Of a stretch of 64,000 bases of DNA, positions 49,718 to 61,484 are shown piece after piece; position 1 is the stretch's first letter, and every line of letters starts with the position of its first letter. The translations under genes and the position numbers were made by a program. The notes beneath the pieces were generated by a model. That model did no database searches, was not told the DNA's origin, and worked only from the letters and a program-made list of their open reading frames with translations. This DNA is from Marsupella aquatica (taxonomy: Eukaryota; Plantae; Marchantiophyta). Location: positions 2,963,659 through 3,027,658 of the forward strand of contig OZ316895.1 in the NCBI GenBank assembly GCA_973895155.1, written 5' to 3'.

Positions 49718-51127
49718 ATGTCATGCTATTATTTAGTTTTTGAGAGTCTGTATATATGTTTTGTTTTGTTAATATTAGTGGGTGTAGTGGGATAGGATAG
49801 GGGGTGACGGATTGGCAACTTGAGATCCTTTCTCAATTAGGGGTTCAATTCCCCTCCGTCACATGTTACATCTCTCAACAGAAGTTTTAAATGGAGTATG
49901 GATGGAACATGGGATTGGTGATCAATGGGTGGAATGGATTATTCATGTTGTGACCTTAAAGGCCATCCCACTTATGCACGTAAGGTTTATATTGGGATGA
50001 CCTTTTAGGTACACAATATAAATGATGCATTGAAATGATCAAAGTTTAAGGTCGAAAAAGGTGCAAGAACTGTTACAGGGCGTGCCATGTCTGACATACG
50101 ACTTCACAAGGTACTGACATAGACTTATCTTTTCTTTCTAGGCATTTTTTATTGATATGTGACACTTTACTTCACAAATTATAGGGGCAATATAAATTGG
50201 ATTTTAGACTCTTAGAAGAAAGAAAGAGGGAGGAAAAAAAATTTCAACTTAATAAGTATGGGGGTCTAGGCATGAAAACGTCGCAGGTGATGGGGGGGTC
50301 CTCCATATAGTGAGACCCCCGAGTTTCGAGGGTTCATTGTCGATGGTACATTCGTAGTTTTGTCACATGAAACTCGAATGTGTGTGGCTGAGCGGATAGG
50401 TTAGTGAGAGGGCTTTCTAACGGTGGTTAGAACTCGCTGATCGGTATCCGTGGTGCAGAGGAATTGAAGTTTTCGTCGTTCAGGGTTTATTCGTGTTTGA
50501 CGGCTTTTCGGGGAAGAGACCAGAGTTTGCATTTTTGCAACGTACGGTGTGAGTTGTGTGGTGCAGGAGGCATCACATGTTATAGCTCAAGTTGTAGGTT
50601 GAAGCGAGCTGGTTGTTTTGGCACCTGGTATGCTGACGTTTGTGATGCGAGTGTGTCGTGATGAGTGAAAGTTGAGTTCTGGTTTTTTGAGAAGCTATGG
50701 TGCTTGTTTTTCCCTGAACCGGTTTACTCGTCGTGATGTTCGACTCAAAGAAGAAAACGCAAAGTGCTAGGGCTCAACGGTGAGATCGCGGCAAGGCGGT
50801 CATTTTGTGTCCGGGATTGGCACTTGACGCAGGTGAAGGTGACGTGACGGAAGTTTTTTCTTTGTTGAGCTTGCAGATTGTGTCGGTGCAATTCGACAAC
50901 ATTTCCCGTCAGCAACTAGTCATTTTATGGTGTAAAGCAGTGATGGCATTAGAAATAACGTTGAATGTTGGTGAATTATGTTGTCGGCATGGAACGAGAT
51001 AAGGCACCGCGGAGTAGCAAGGCGGCTGTGACTTAGGGCACAAAGGAAAAGATAAATAGTGAATAGTGATTTTCCCGTCAATTGCGGCGTGTTTAGCGCA
51101 TGACTTGAGCGAAGAGAGTCTTGGTGG

Positions 51128-51395
51128 GTTGGCACCCACAGCCCACGGCCTGTGGCCTCTTGCATCTTGGTGAGGAGGTACTCGCAGCCCACGGCTTGTG
51201 GCCTCTTGCAGCTTGGTGAGGAGGCACTCGCAGCCCACGGCTTGTGGCCTCTTGCAGCTTGGTGAGGAGGCACCCACAGCCCACGGCCTGTGGCCCCTTG
51301 CAGCTTGGCTAGCACCTACAGCCCACAGCTGTGGCCGATTCATCTTTGGTTGTGTGGGTTGGCACCCACAGCCCACGGCCTGTGGCCTCTCGCAA
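51128..51395 (+). repeat. ~47-bp tandem repeat in the copia 5' leader
   Basis: Repeated CAGCCCACGGC(C/T)TGTGGCCTCTTGCAGCTTGGTGAGGAGG. Confidence 0.85.
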
Positions 51396-54300
51396 TTTGG
51401 TTGCGTGGTGATTCTCTCATATGAGTGACTTGGAGGAGACTGGGAGAATTGGAGTCAGTGAAGCTTCAGGTTCACGATGGTCAGACGGAGAGTCTGAGGA
51501 GGAGCTGCTACCCTTTGAGGAGGAACAAGTTTCACTGGTACGATCACCAATGCGGCGTGCAGTGGAGGAAGTTGTTTTACTACCAGAGCTGTTGGTAGTT
51601 GGGAAGAAGAGAGAGATTGCAAGATTCGGAGGAGTAAAGTTTGAGGTGGAGAAGTACGATGGACGTACTGATTACTTGATGTGGGAGAAGCAAGTGAAGG
51701 GTGTCCTTCGGGCCATGGGCTTAGCTCATCTGCTTTCTTTGCGAGAATAGTATGATGGAGAGGAGGAGATTTCTGTGAGACAGTGGAGACAGGAGCAGGT
51801 GATTGCTGTCAATGCAGTGATGCTATATCTCAAGCCGCACATCATCAAACAACTGGATGATTATGCGGATTGCGCGTCATTGTTCAAGGCTCTAAGAGAG
51901 AAGTACTACCGGGAAGATGCGTCAGACCAGCTTTACAAGAAGTCTCTCTTGATGAGCCTCAGGCTCAAGGAAGGGAGCAAGATGCAGGATCACCTAGATG
52001 AGTTTGATAGTCTAGTGGTGGATTTGTCAAACCTGGGAAAATGAGTTGAAGATGAGGATAAGGCCTTGCTTCTGCTAAGCTCCTTACCGTCGTCATATCA
52101 GGGCTTGAAACAGGTGCTCTTGTATAGAGATCTGAAGTCCATTTCGTATAATGAGGTGGTGAGCTCCTTGTTGTCTGATGATGCTCAGAACAAGCTGGGT
52201 CAATCACAGACAACATCTTCTTCTGGCATTGCGCTGAATGTGAACCGTGGGAGAGCAGCGCAGCGCTCAAATAGACAGAACAGGTTTAGATCTACATCAC
52301 CAGAGAGATCTAAATCCAGAGGGAAATCGCAAGAGAGGAAGCCTCTTGCATGTTGGAATTGTGGCAAGTCTAGCCACATGAAAAGGGATTGTCGAGTAAA
52401 GGTCCCTACTGCATCTGCTAATGCGGCATCGAGCTCGTATGAGGTAGATTTACTCAATGATGATGACATATTGTGATGCCAAGGTTATGCTCTCAACGTA
52501 GTGTCAAATCCAGGTAGTGATGACTGGATTCTAGATAGTGCATGTACTTTTCACATTTGCTCGAGGAGAGATTGTTTCAATTCTTACACGGTTTCCAACG
52601 GGTCAGTGTTGATGGGAAATGGAATCCCATGTCAAGTTGTTGGACTTGGATCTGTAAGATTTCAGATGTTTGATGGTGCTATGAGAACGTTGAGGAATGT
52701 GAGACATATTCCCAGCATGATGAAAAATCTCATTTCACTTGGAGATTTAGAAGCAAATGGCCATCAGTGGAGTTCTGCTAATGGTGTCCTTCAGGTTTCC
52801 ACTGGTACTAAAGTTGTATTGAAGGGAAAGAGACATAGCAATCTATACATTTTGGAGGGCAGTGTGGTTTGTGATGAACCCAATGTAACCTTATCGCATG
52901 AGGAGATGGCCCAACTGTGGCACTTCCGTTTGGGCCACATGAGTGAAAAAGGTTTGGTTATTCTTCAGAAGAAAAGATTACTTTCTAATTTGCAATCTTG
53001 TAAGTTGGAATTTTGTGAGCACTGTGTGCTTGGGAAGTAGCACAGGAAACCCTTCGGAGTTGGAACTCACACCAGCAAGGAGGTACTTGAGTATGTACAT
53101 AGTGATGTGCTCGGTGATGTGTGGGGTCCAGCCCCTACTCCCTCACATTCTGGACGGTTATACTATGTCACGTTCATAGACGATTACTCAAGGTATGTGT
53201 GGATATACTTTCTACACAGTAAGTTTGATGTTTTTGCCACTTTTAAGGAGTGGAAAGCCCAAGTTGAGAATCAGACTGGTAATAAGGTGAGATATCTTTG
53301 ATCGGATAATGGCGGTGAATACAGTTCCGGGGAATTTGGAATGTATTGTAAGGAGCAGGGAATCACCCGCCATCTCACAACAAGTTATATTCCTCAGCAG
53401 AATGGTGTTTCTGAGAGACTCAACCAAACCGAGAACCGAACACTAATTAGACCGCTCGAGGAGTATGTTGAGTCAATCATGCTTACCACATGAGTTTTGG
53501 GCTGAAGCTGTTAACACTGCAGCTTATTTGGTAAATTTTTCTCCATCCAGTTCTATTGGATTCAAGACGCCATTTGAAATGAGGTACGGGCGTCCAGCAA
53601 ATTACTCACATCTGAGGATATTTGGATGTGATGCTTATGTGCTTACACCTTCCCAGCTTCAATCCAAGCTGGAGTCCAAGTTGAAGAAGTGCATTTTCCT
53701 TGGCTATATATCAGAAAGGTGTGAAGGGTTATAGGTTATGGGATCCAGTAACCTATAAGCTAATTGTCAATAGAGATGTGTCCTTTAATGAATCCAGATC
53801 ATCAAAGGAGGGGGAGAGTTCTCAGGACTCCCATACTGACAAGGGGTAATCTCCCATCCCGGACCGGGTTGAGGGGGAGATTAGTCATGATGTTGTTCAT
53901 GATAGGAGAGATGGAGAAGCTCCGGGCTTGGAGCTGGTTCCTATGATGGAACAAGAGGAGCAGATTGTTGCTGGGGTACCTCAAATTCAGCCAACAGCAG
54001 CAGCTGATCAGTCTGAGTCATCTACTAGAAGAACTTCCAGTCGTTCTACTACAGCTCCTACCAGGTATGGTCAATGGGCAGACTCATCTAAGCTAGATGA
54101 TATTGACATTGCACCTAATGATGATGACATGACTTTGATCTTGGAAGAAGGAGAGCCTTCTTCGTACAGTGAGGCTTGTGCTTCAGAGCAGAAGCATGAG
54201 TGGAATGCAGCAATGCAAAGGGAGTTGCAATCTTTGAGTGACAACAAAACATGGGAGCTAGTGGAGCTTCCAAGAGGTCAGCAAGTGGTGGACAGCAAGT

Positions 54301-55687
54301 GAATTTACAAGTTGAAGGACAGTCCTTCAGAGGGTGGAGACAAGATCTACAAGGCAAGGCTTGTTGCCAAGGGGTTCACTCAGGAGAAAGGAGTGGACTA
54401 CAATGAGGTTTTTTCACCGGTGGCTAAGTATTCCACAATTCGGATCTTGTGTCAGCTTGTTGTGTTTTTTGGTCTGGTGATGGATCAGATGGATGTTGTT
54501 ACTGCTTTTCTCTATGGCAACTTGGAAGAGATGATCTTCATGAGACAGCCACTAGGCTTTATGAAGAAGGGCCAAGAAAACTTAGTTTGCAGATTGCTCA
54601 AGTCCTTGTATGGATTGAAGCAGTCTCCCAGACAGTGGAACAAGCAGTTTGATGATTTCATGTTTGCTCAAGGTTTTACAAGGATGGTGTATGATCTTTG
54701 TGTGTATACGAAATCAGTCAAGAATGATGTATTTGGTTTCATCATTCTGGTGATCTATGTGGATGACATGCTGATTGTGGCTAAAGATCAATCTGAGGTT
54801 GACAGTCTCAAGGCAAAATTGAGTGCTGAATTCAGGATGAAGGATCTTGGTAAGGCCAAGAGGATCTTAGGTATGGAGATTTTTAGGAACTCTGAGACTG
54901 GACAGTTGTGCTTGAGTCAAGGCCAGTATGCAAGGAAAGTACTTGCACGATTCAACATGGAAAACTGTAAGCCAGTGAGTATTCCTTTAGCTTCACATTT
55001 CAAGTTATATATCATCGGCTTTCTCTCCTACGGATGCTGCGGAGAAAGGTCTGATGGCTAAGATTCCTTATGAGAAGGCAGTAGGCAGTCTGATGTATTT
55101 GATGACTTGTACTAGGCCTGACTTGGCCCAAGAGATGGGCAAGGTTAGCATATTCATGTCAAATCCAGGAAAGGTACATTGAGAAGCTGTGAAATGGATT
55201 CTCAGGTATCTTAAGGGTACACAGGACTATGGATTACTATTTGATAACAAATCAGATAGAACATTAGTTGGCTATGTAGATTCTGACTATGGAGGCTGTC
55301 TGGATACAGGGAGGTCTACAACTGGGTTTGTATACACTCTTGGAGGAGGATGCATCAATTGGAAATCTACCTTGCAGAAGTGCATATCTCAGTCTACTAC
55401 AGAAGCAGAGTATGTTGCAGCAGCAGAAGCAGCAGCAGAAGCAATTTGGTTGGATAAGTTGATCGCGGAGATGGGATTAGAGCATGGAAAAATAACTCTA
55501 AACTGTGATAGTCAGAGTGCTCTTCACTTGGCTGCTAACCAGGTGATGGATAGCAGGGTGAAGCACATTGATATCAGGTACCATTTTATCAGGCAAGCAG
55601 TGTCTAATAAAACTTTTGAGTTAGTCAAGATTGATGGAAAGCTCAATCCCACTGATGCTTTTACCAAAGTGATTCCTTTGAAGAGTT

Positions 55688-58600
55688 AACAAGAAGCCTT
55701 AAAGGGTGAGTAGCAAGCCCAAACTCTAAGCACTCTCGTAAAAAAATTGCAGAAACAAAGAAAATGGCAAAAAAGTGGCCAAAAATACTATCTGTTTTTT
55801 GACAAAATTATAAAACAAACTGAAAGTATTAAAATGACACATTTTTTTCACCATCTCCTAATTACAAAATGATCTCAACTTACTTTTGATAAAATTACTA
55901 CCTATAATTTTACTATGCCATTTTAGCAATTTTTACCAAAACATGATTTGTATTTTTAACAAACAATCAAATTACCTCCATAATTCATTAGACTTGGGAA
56001 AAATTCAAATTCATAAAATATGATCTCTTTTTGACTCTCCAACATGCGCCCCTTCACTCTTTGAGGAAGACTTTTCAATGGAAGATGATATCTCCACAAA
56101 TTCACCACCTACGCTTCTAGATGTACCCGTTTTGATCCAAATCAGATCACTCAATGGCTCCTCTTTTACTCTCAACCTGGCTCTCAACATGCCTGAGTTT
56201 GATTTGTTAGGCAACATCTGAATTTCACAAACATATTGACCCAACTGGGCTCCCCCAACCTCTTCTTGGGGACCTCTTCCAAATTCTTATTCTTCCCCTT
56301 CAAGTTAATTTCTTGATATTGATTGGCTTCCAATCTCAACCAAATGATGCAAGTGTGCCCGGGTGACCTTCTTGTGATGATCCTTTCCTTGCCGGAATTA
56401 TTTTCAGCCTCAGTAGGTCTTCTTGTGTCCCCGCTTGTGTCAGCGCTCTTACACCTTCCTGGAATTTGAGAGATGTCAGACGACCATATTCACTCTCTCC
56501 CTTGGTGCTTGTTGCAACGCTTGACCTTTCCAAAATGCACAAAAATCTGGTTTTGAGATAGGACTTAGTGTTTTTAGAAACTTGTTACAACCGGTCTTCA
56601 TGAATTCATGAATTCATGAGTCCGCTTTCTCAACTGTCCACTATCTTGAAGACCCTTGAGTCGGACACCCAAATTAACACTAGTCTCAACCACATGGGAT
56701 AGAACTTAACGCCCGGGGAGGCTAGTGCTCTCAAATGAGTGAGAAGAACTTAATGTAGACAAAACACACAAAAGAGCAAAAACCCTTTAACTTGAAACAA
56801 ATGAAATAACATGTTTTCATGAATAGAGGACGCCTATTTGTACTTAATTGGTCCTTTCTCTAATTTAAATGAATAAGAAATGCTTAAATCATTTTTCAAT
56901 ATATAATTAAGCCAATCCTTTCATGACATAGATGAACAAGTCAAGGAAAAAGTTGAAAAAATTATATTTCCAAAAGTTTTTTATGACACAACACTTTATT
57001 AATTAGTCTTCTTGGCTACTAGGTGGTATCTTAGTCCTTTGACTTTTTGGCTTGTTGGGCAACTTAGGGCTTCTTTGGGCCTTTTCCCTTCCCCATACGG
57101 GTATAGCGACGGAGACAGGAAACAGGTAAACATGAATTTTTTTTCCTGTTTTTAATATGCTGTTACTAGAAAAAAATCACTGTTACCAGGAAAAATGATA
57201 ATTTAAAAATGTCTCCAAAAACATGTTATTTCCAAAAAAAATTAACAATGTAACATTTTTGGCTAACTTTGGGCACTAGCAAAAAAAATTGGTTGACTGA
57301 ATAAAATTTTCTTTTTTTTTCTTCCATTTTCACCCATTTTCACCCATTTTCCTGTTACCAGTTTTTTTTCCTGTTACCAGTTTCTGTTATTGAATCCTGT
57401 TTACTGTTTGCTGTCTTTTGTAAACACCTCTCCCCATACCTCCCTTTACTAGATTGCTCAATTATTAATCTCACAATATTGTTTGGACCATGCAATCCAG
57501 TTTACTTGGAGAAATAAATCATTTTTAGGTTTGCATTCCCACGTTTCATGAGGATAAACATTGGCATTAAAAACCCATATGTTTTTGCCCAGTAGTAAAA
57601 CCCCATGTGTTTTTGCCCACCAAGATACGTACTTCCATGACTCATGATTGGAGAGTTTGTCTTGTTGACCTAGTGTTTCCATATGCTTTTTGGAATATTG
57701 GCATTTGGAGCACTTTTTGCTTTTATTTCACCATATTTTTTGCATTTCTTGAGATTGAGTGGTTTGTTTTTATCCCCTTTTCTTTCACTTTTGAAGTCTT
57801 TCTTTTGGCTATTCTGGAGATTCTCTCCCTAAGATACCTTATTCTCTTTCATGAATTCATGAAGGGGCTACCACCTGGGAAACTGAGAAACCAAAAGCTT
57901 CATGAATTCATGAAGCCCAAAACTGGTTGTGACAAAATACAAAGGGCAAAGACTGTGTTGCAAGCTCAATGACCTACAAAGGGCGAGGGTAGCCAATTGG
58001 CTATGGCAAAGGAGGCTGCAGCCTGGAGAGGGCTATTGGCCCTCACTTAAGCTCAAATCGCATCAAGGTGCTGTCATCAGCTGCCGATTGAGGTCCGGCC
58101 TAATTTATGGTCTGGGAACGACTGCTAATCTCTGCTGTCGCCTTCAAAATCCTGAAGCTGAAATTTTGAATTCCTGGTTTGATGTTGATGCTTTGATTGC
58201 TGGATTTCACCTGAGTGTTGGACTTTGATTTCTCAGATTTCAAAGAGAACTATCGAGCTTGGGGGAACTAACTGGAGGGAGCTAGGAGGATCAGGTAGCT
58301 TCTTTCAGGTGAGAACCCGGCTTCATGATTTCATGAAGCCAGGTGGCTGCCCAAATCAAACTCGATGTACATTTTGATATTGGTATGGATCAAGAGAGTG
58401 AGGAGGACGTGAAGCGCACCAGAGTAGAGGGTGCAACAGAAGATGTAACTATTGAGCTAGCTCGGATTGAAGCAAGGATCTTCTAGAAGTGGAGAGGAGG
58501 TTAGAGAAGCCTTAGATTAGTTGAGTTGCATTGTATTTAGAGATTTAGTGGACTTAGATGCACACCTACAATGGATAGTGGCATTCTACTTAAGATTTTG

Positions 58601-58846
58601 AGTTTGCACAAACTCAGATGAAAGACCGTAAATTTTATGTTTGTAATTAAGTATGGATTTGTTATTTTTGGTAATTGTGAAAATGATGTTGAAAATATCG
58701 CAAGATTTTCATTGAAAGAATTATAATAGCAAAGTTCACAAAACATGTTTCATTTTTATATGTTTTTTTAATGCACTTTTGGAAAAATCATGAAAATCTT
58801 GAAAAAGGAATTCGGGCCTTGGACTCATCCCTTAAGGCTCCATGTT
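55688..58846. mobile_element. Non-autonomous TIR element (3.16 kb) with 4-bp TSD AGTT
   Basis: TIR AACAAGAAGCCTTAAAGGGTGAGT versus reverse complement AACATGGAGCCTTAAGGGATGAGT. Removing the element and one AGTT restores the copia frame (AAG AGT TTC TCA). Confidence 0.85.
57099..57430. mobile_element. Mutator-like MITE nested in the 3.16-kb element
   Basis: 9-bp TSD TCCCCATAC (57090-57098, 57431-57439). G...C termini with imperfect TIR core AGACAG.AAACAG.TAAACA. Confidence 0.75.
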
Positions 58847-59110
58847 AGTTTCTCAAGACACCGTGCTATTTTGCAGGTTTTGCAGTTGTAGTGCGAGTAG
58901 AGTTATTTAGCAATGTGTGATTATTTGTATATGGATTACTCATTCCTGTTTGGCTACGGCTTAGTTCTAGTTAACCCTTAGTTAACCCTTGTGGGTTTTA
59001 GGGGGAGACCTGGTTTGGTGATTGTCTAGAACTTCCCGCTGACTATTCCATATGGTACCATTTAGTTTAGTCCCCAAGACAAGAGTCAAGCGGGGAGTCA
59101 AGGGGGAGTT

Positions 59111-59454
59111 TGTTAGATATTGCTCTAGTCTTGTGACTCATGAGCTAACCACAGTTAGTCTAACTCGGGTTAGGACTTAGCTAATGTTAGCGGTAGTGCT
59201 ATTGTGTATATAGCCAGGGCTGATTCCAGACCCTAGTGGAACTTAGGCTCATTGTTACGGAGCTAGTTGAGAGATAGGGAGAGTTTGTGCTGTGGATGCT
59301 TGGTATGGCCGGTCGGCCTAGAGTGCAGTAAAGCTCTTGTGTGTTCCCGTGGATGTAGCCTCATGTGGAGGTGAACCACGTATCTCTCTGTGTCGACTAT
59401 TGTGCGTTGGATGGTTCATGGGCTTGCCGTTACGAATGTCGTCTATGCTCAACT
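59111..59454 (+). repeat. 3' LTR of copia element
   Basis: Near-identical to 26582-26925 and preceded by the PPT. Confidence 0.92.
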
Positions 59455-61484
59455 TACAATTGTGTGTTGACTAGATGTTGCACATATGCATGCTAAATTG
59501 GACTAACAATGGTTTATTCAACTATGCACAGTCATTTCAAAGTGCAATGGAATGAAGATTGTGCCATCATATTCGTTGCTTGACATTTTACAGCAGAAGT
59601 TCCAAACTTCATGTGAGAATCTTGTGGATTATTGTGGAAGTGTTCGGGGAAGTGTTGAAATGTGGTTATGATATTCCTGTCCATGTTGACCTATTTTCAA
59701 GATAATTACAAAGTTGAAAGTGTGGTGGATCAAATATCAGGTCCGATTTCACATAATGAAGCCATTGCAGAGTAATCTAAGGTTTCTAAAGCATTGCTCA
59801 TAATTGCTATGACAAGTTTGATAATAATTTGTTCCTTTATGCCCCATTATATAGATTTATGATTATTTCAAGAATTAAGTGAAGTATAACAAAAAAAAAA
59901 ACAAGAAGTGTAACTGCATACACTGGCAGCCCACCAGGGAAGACAAAACCTGGATGACCAGAAGGGAAGACAAAACCTGGATGACCAGAAGGAAAGAGCC
60001 AGGGAGAGATTCTACTGTACTGATACTTATGTTAACAGTGCAAAAAATAATTAAATAGAAACCAATTGGCAGTGAAAGTATGAGATTCCAAATAAGGTGG
60101 GTTGGAGTTATACGGGGCAGTTTCTGGAAATGGTAAGTAAAATAAATTCCAGACACTACAGCCTGGAAAAACCAATATTGGGAAAAATGCCCCACAAAAG
60201 GGTGTTTGGCAAATAAGTACAGTAGTAAACACATGTTTTTAAGTTACTTTGCACTTGCTTTCTTTTTCTTTGTTTGGTTTGTGTCATCTTTGGACCTCTT
60301 TTTCTTTGGACCACGTTTTCTTGCCTTTCATTGTACTTCGATTTTTTCCTGGTATATAAACTTTGGTGACTTGCCTTTCCTACTAAAAAAAGGAACCCAG
60401 ATAACGTTTTGTTTGGAAAACACTAAAATGGCCACTTGCAAAGTCTCGAAGCAAGTTAGAATAACTTGTTCACAACCAGCAACCAAGTACCAGCTGGCTG
60501 CATACCTCCTTTGTCTTATTAAATACCACTACGATGTTGGTACGGGACCACATCCGTGAGGAATAAGCCACTGCAATGAAAAACAGGCCCTTTGTCACTT
60601 GTAGGGTGTTACACGACACATCTCCAGTAGCTTTCTAAAACAGAATATAACTGCGCTTGCCTCAGAACTGTGGACGCCACCTGGCGTGGCCCAATAGTCA
60701 CTAGACTTATGTAGTTATGTTACTAGGTTGAAAGGTAGGCCCAGGTTTTCTACTTTCCTACTGGAATGAAAATATTCCTATTTCCCCTTCACCCCAGCAC
60801 GTGCTGCCGTTTGGATTTTTTGTGATAAGTATACAACATAAAAACAAGGAGTTCTGAACCAGTCAAGTGAGTACACATGATTAAAAAAAATTGAACCCTT
60901 ATTCTGACTATATAAGTTCTGAGAAATATTTTGCAAGATGTGTTCAAACAACCATATTCTTACTGGCACAAATGGTCCATTAGCCATGAAAGTAAAGCCC
61001 CATGGAATTTTTCTTTTTTTATGATGCCATGATGGCGAAGGTAGTGGCCTGTTTGTTTCTTTTGGAGATGGAAACCTCATTCATCACGGACATGTGACGT
61101 ACAAGCGCACAGAGCACGAGGAAGGCAGTGGCCTGTAACCTGTTGCACCCCCCCCCCTCCCCCCTCTACGTCCCTCATGGAGATGAATCTTTGGTGTAAT
61201 TAGCAATGCAATTCTACTCTTTACAATCTACTCCTTAGAGGGCACAAGATCGAATTTTTTGGTATATCTAGACTATATTTGTGAGTAGGGGTTATACGGT
61301 CGTCTCCAAGATCCTTGTCAGACTTAGCTGCACCTAACAAGCCCTGGACAGCATGCGTGAATTGTTGGGCATGGGTGTTCCTACGAGGGCGTTAAATACA
61401 CTCATGTTGTGCATCACTTGGACATGGGACGACCTTGTCTCCACTTAGGAATGTTGGTTCACGGAAAACTTACGATATATATAT

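Larger units (their letters stand above)
26984..50323 (+). mobile_element. Large P-element-like TIR transposon (23,340 bp including the nested element)
   Basis: Perfect 15-bp TIR CTCGGGGGTCTCACT (26984-26998) / AGTGAGACCCCCGAG (50309-50323). 8-bp TSD TTTCCAGG / TTTCGAGG with 1 mismatch. P-like transposase near the right end. Confidence 0.85.
51421..58891 (+). pseudogene. copia gag-pol, degenerate; RNase H end split by an insertion
   Basis: Gag zinc knuckle CWNCGKSSHMKRDC, protease WILDSACTFH, integrase HSD..DVWGP/FIDDYSR, RT YKARLVAKG/YVDDML, RNase H YVDSD/STTEAEY/KHIDIRYHF. Multiple stops. The C-terminus FSRHRAILQVLQL* resumes after 58850. Confidence 0.92.
26582..59454 (+). mobile_element. 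Ty1/copia LTR retrotransposon interrupted by nested DNA transposons
   Basis: 344-bp LTRs at 26582-26925 and 59111-59454 (about 10 differences by eye). PBS TGGTATCAGAGC at 26928 (tRNA-iMet type). PPT AGGGGGAG at 59101. gag-pol in PR-INT-RT-RH order. Confidence 0.93.

Noticed and set aside
26984-50323. Alternative reading of the ends: 11-bp TIR with a 2-bp CG TSD in a CTCGAG target
   Set aside because: The 15-bp TIR with an 8-bp TSD (7/8 match) explains the flanks better and fits the P-like transposase.
26984-50323. Single composite element encoding two transposases
   Set aside because: A separate TIR pair with an AATT duplication at 30919/43707 shows the Sola-like module is a nested insertion.
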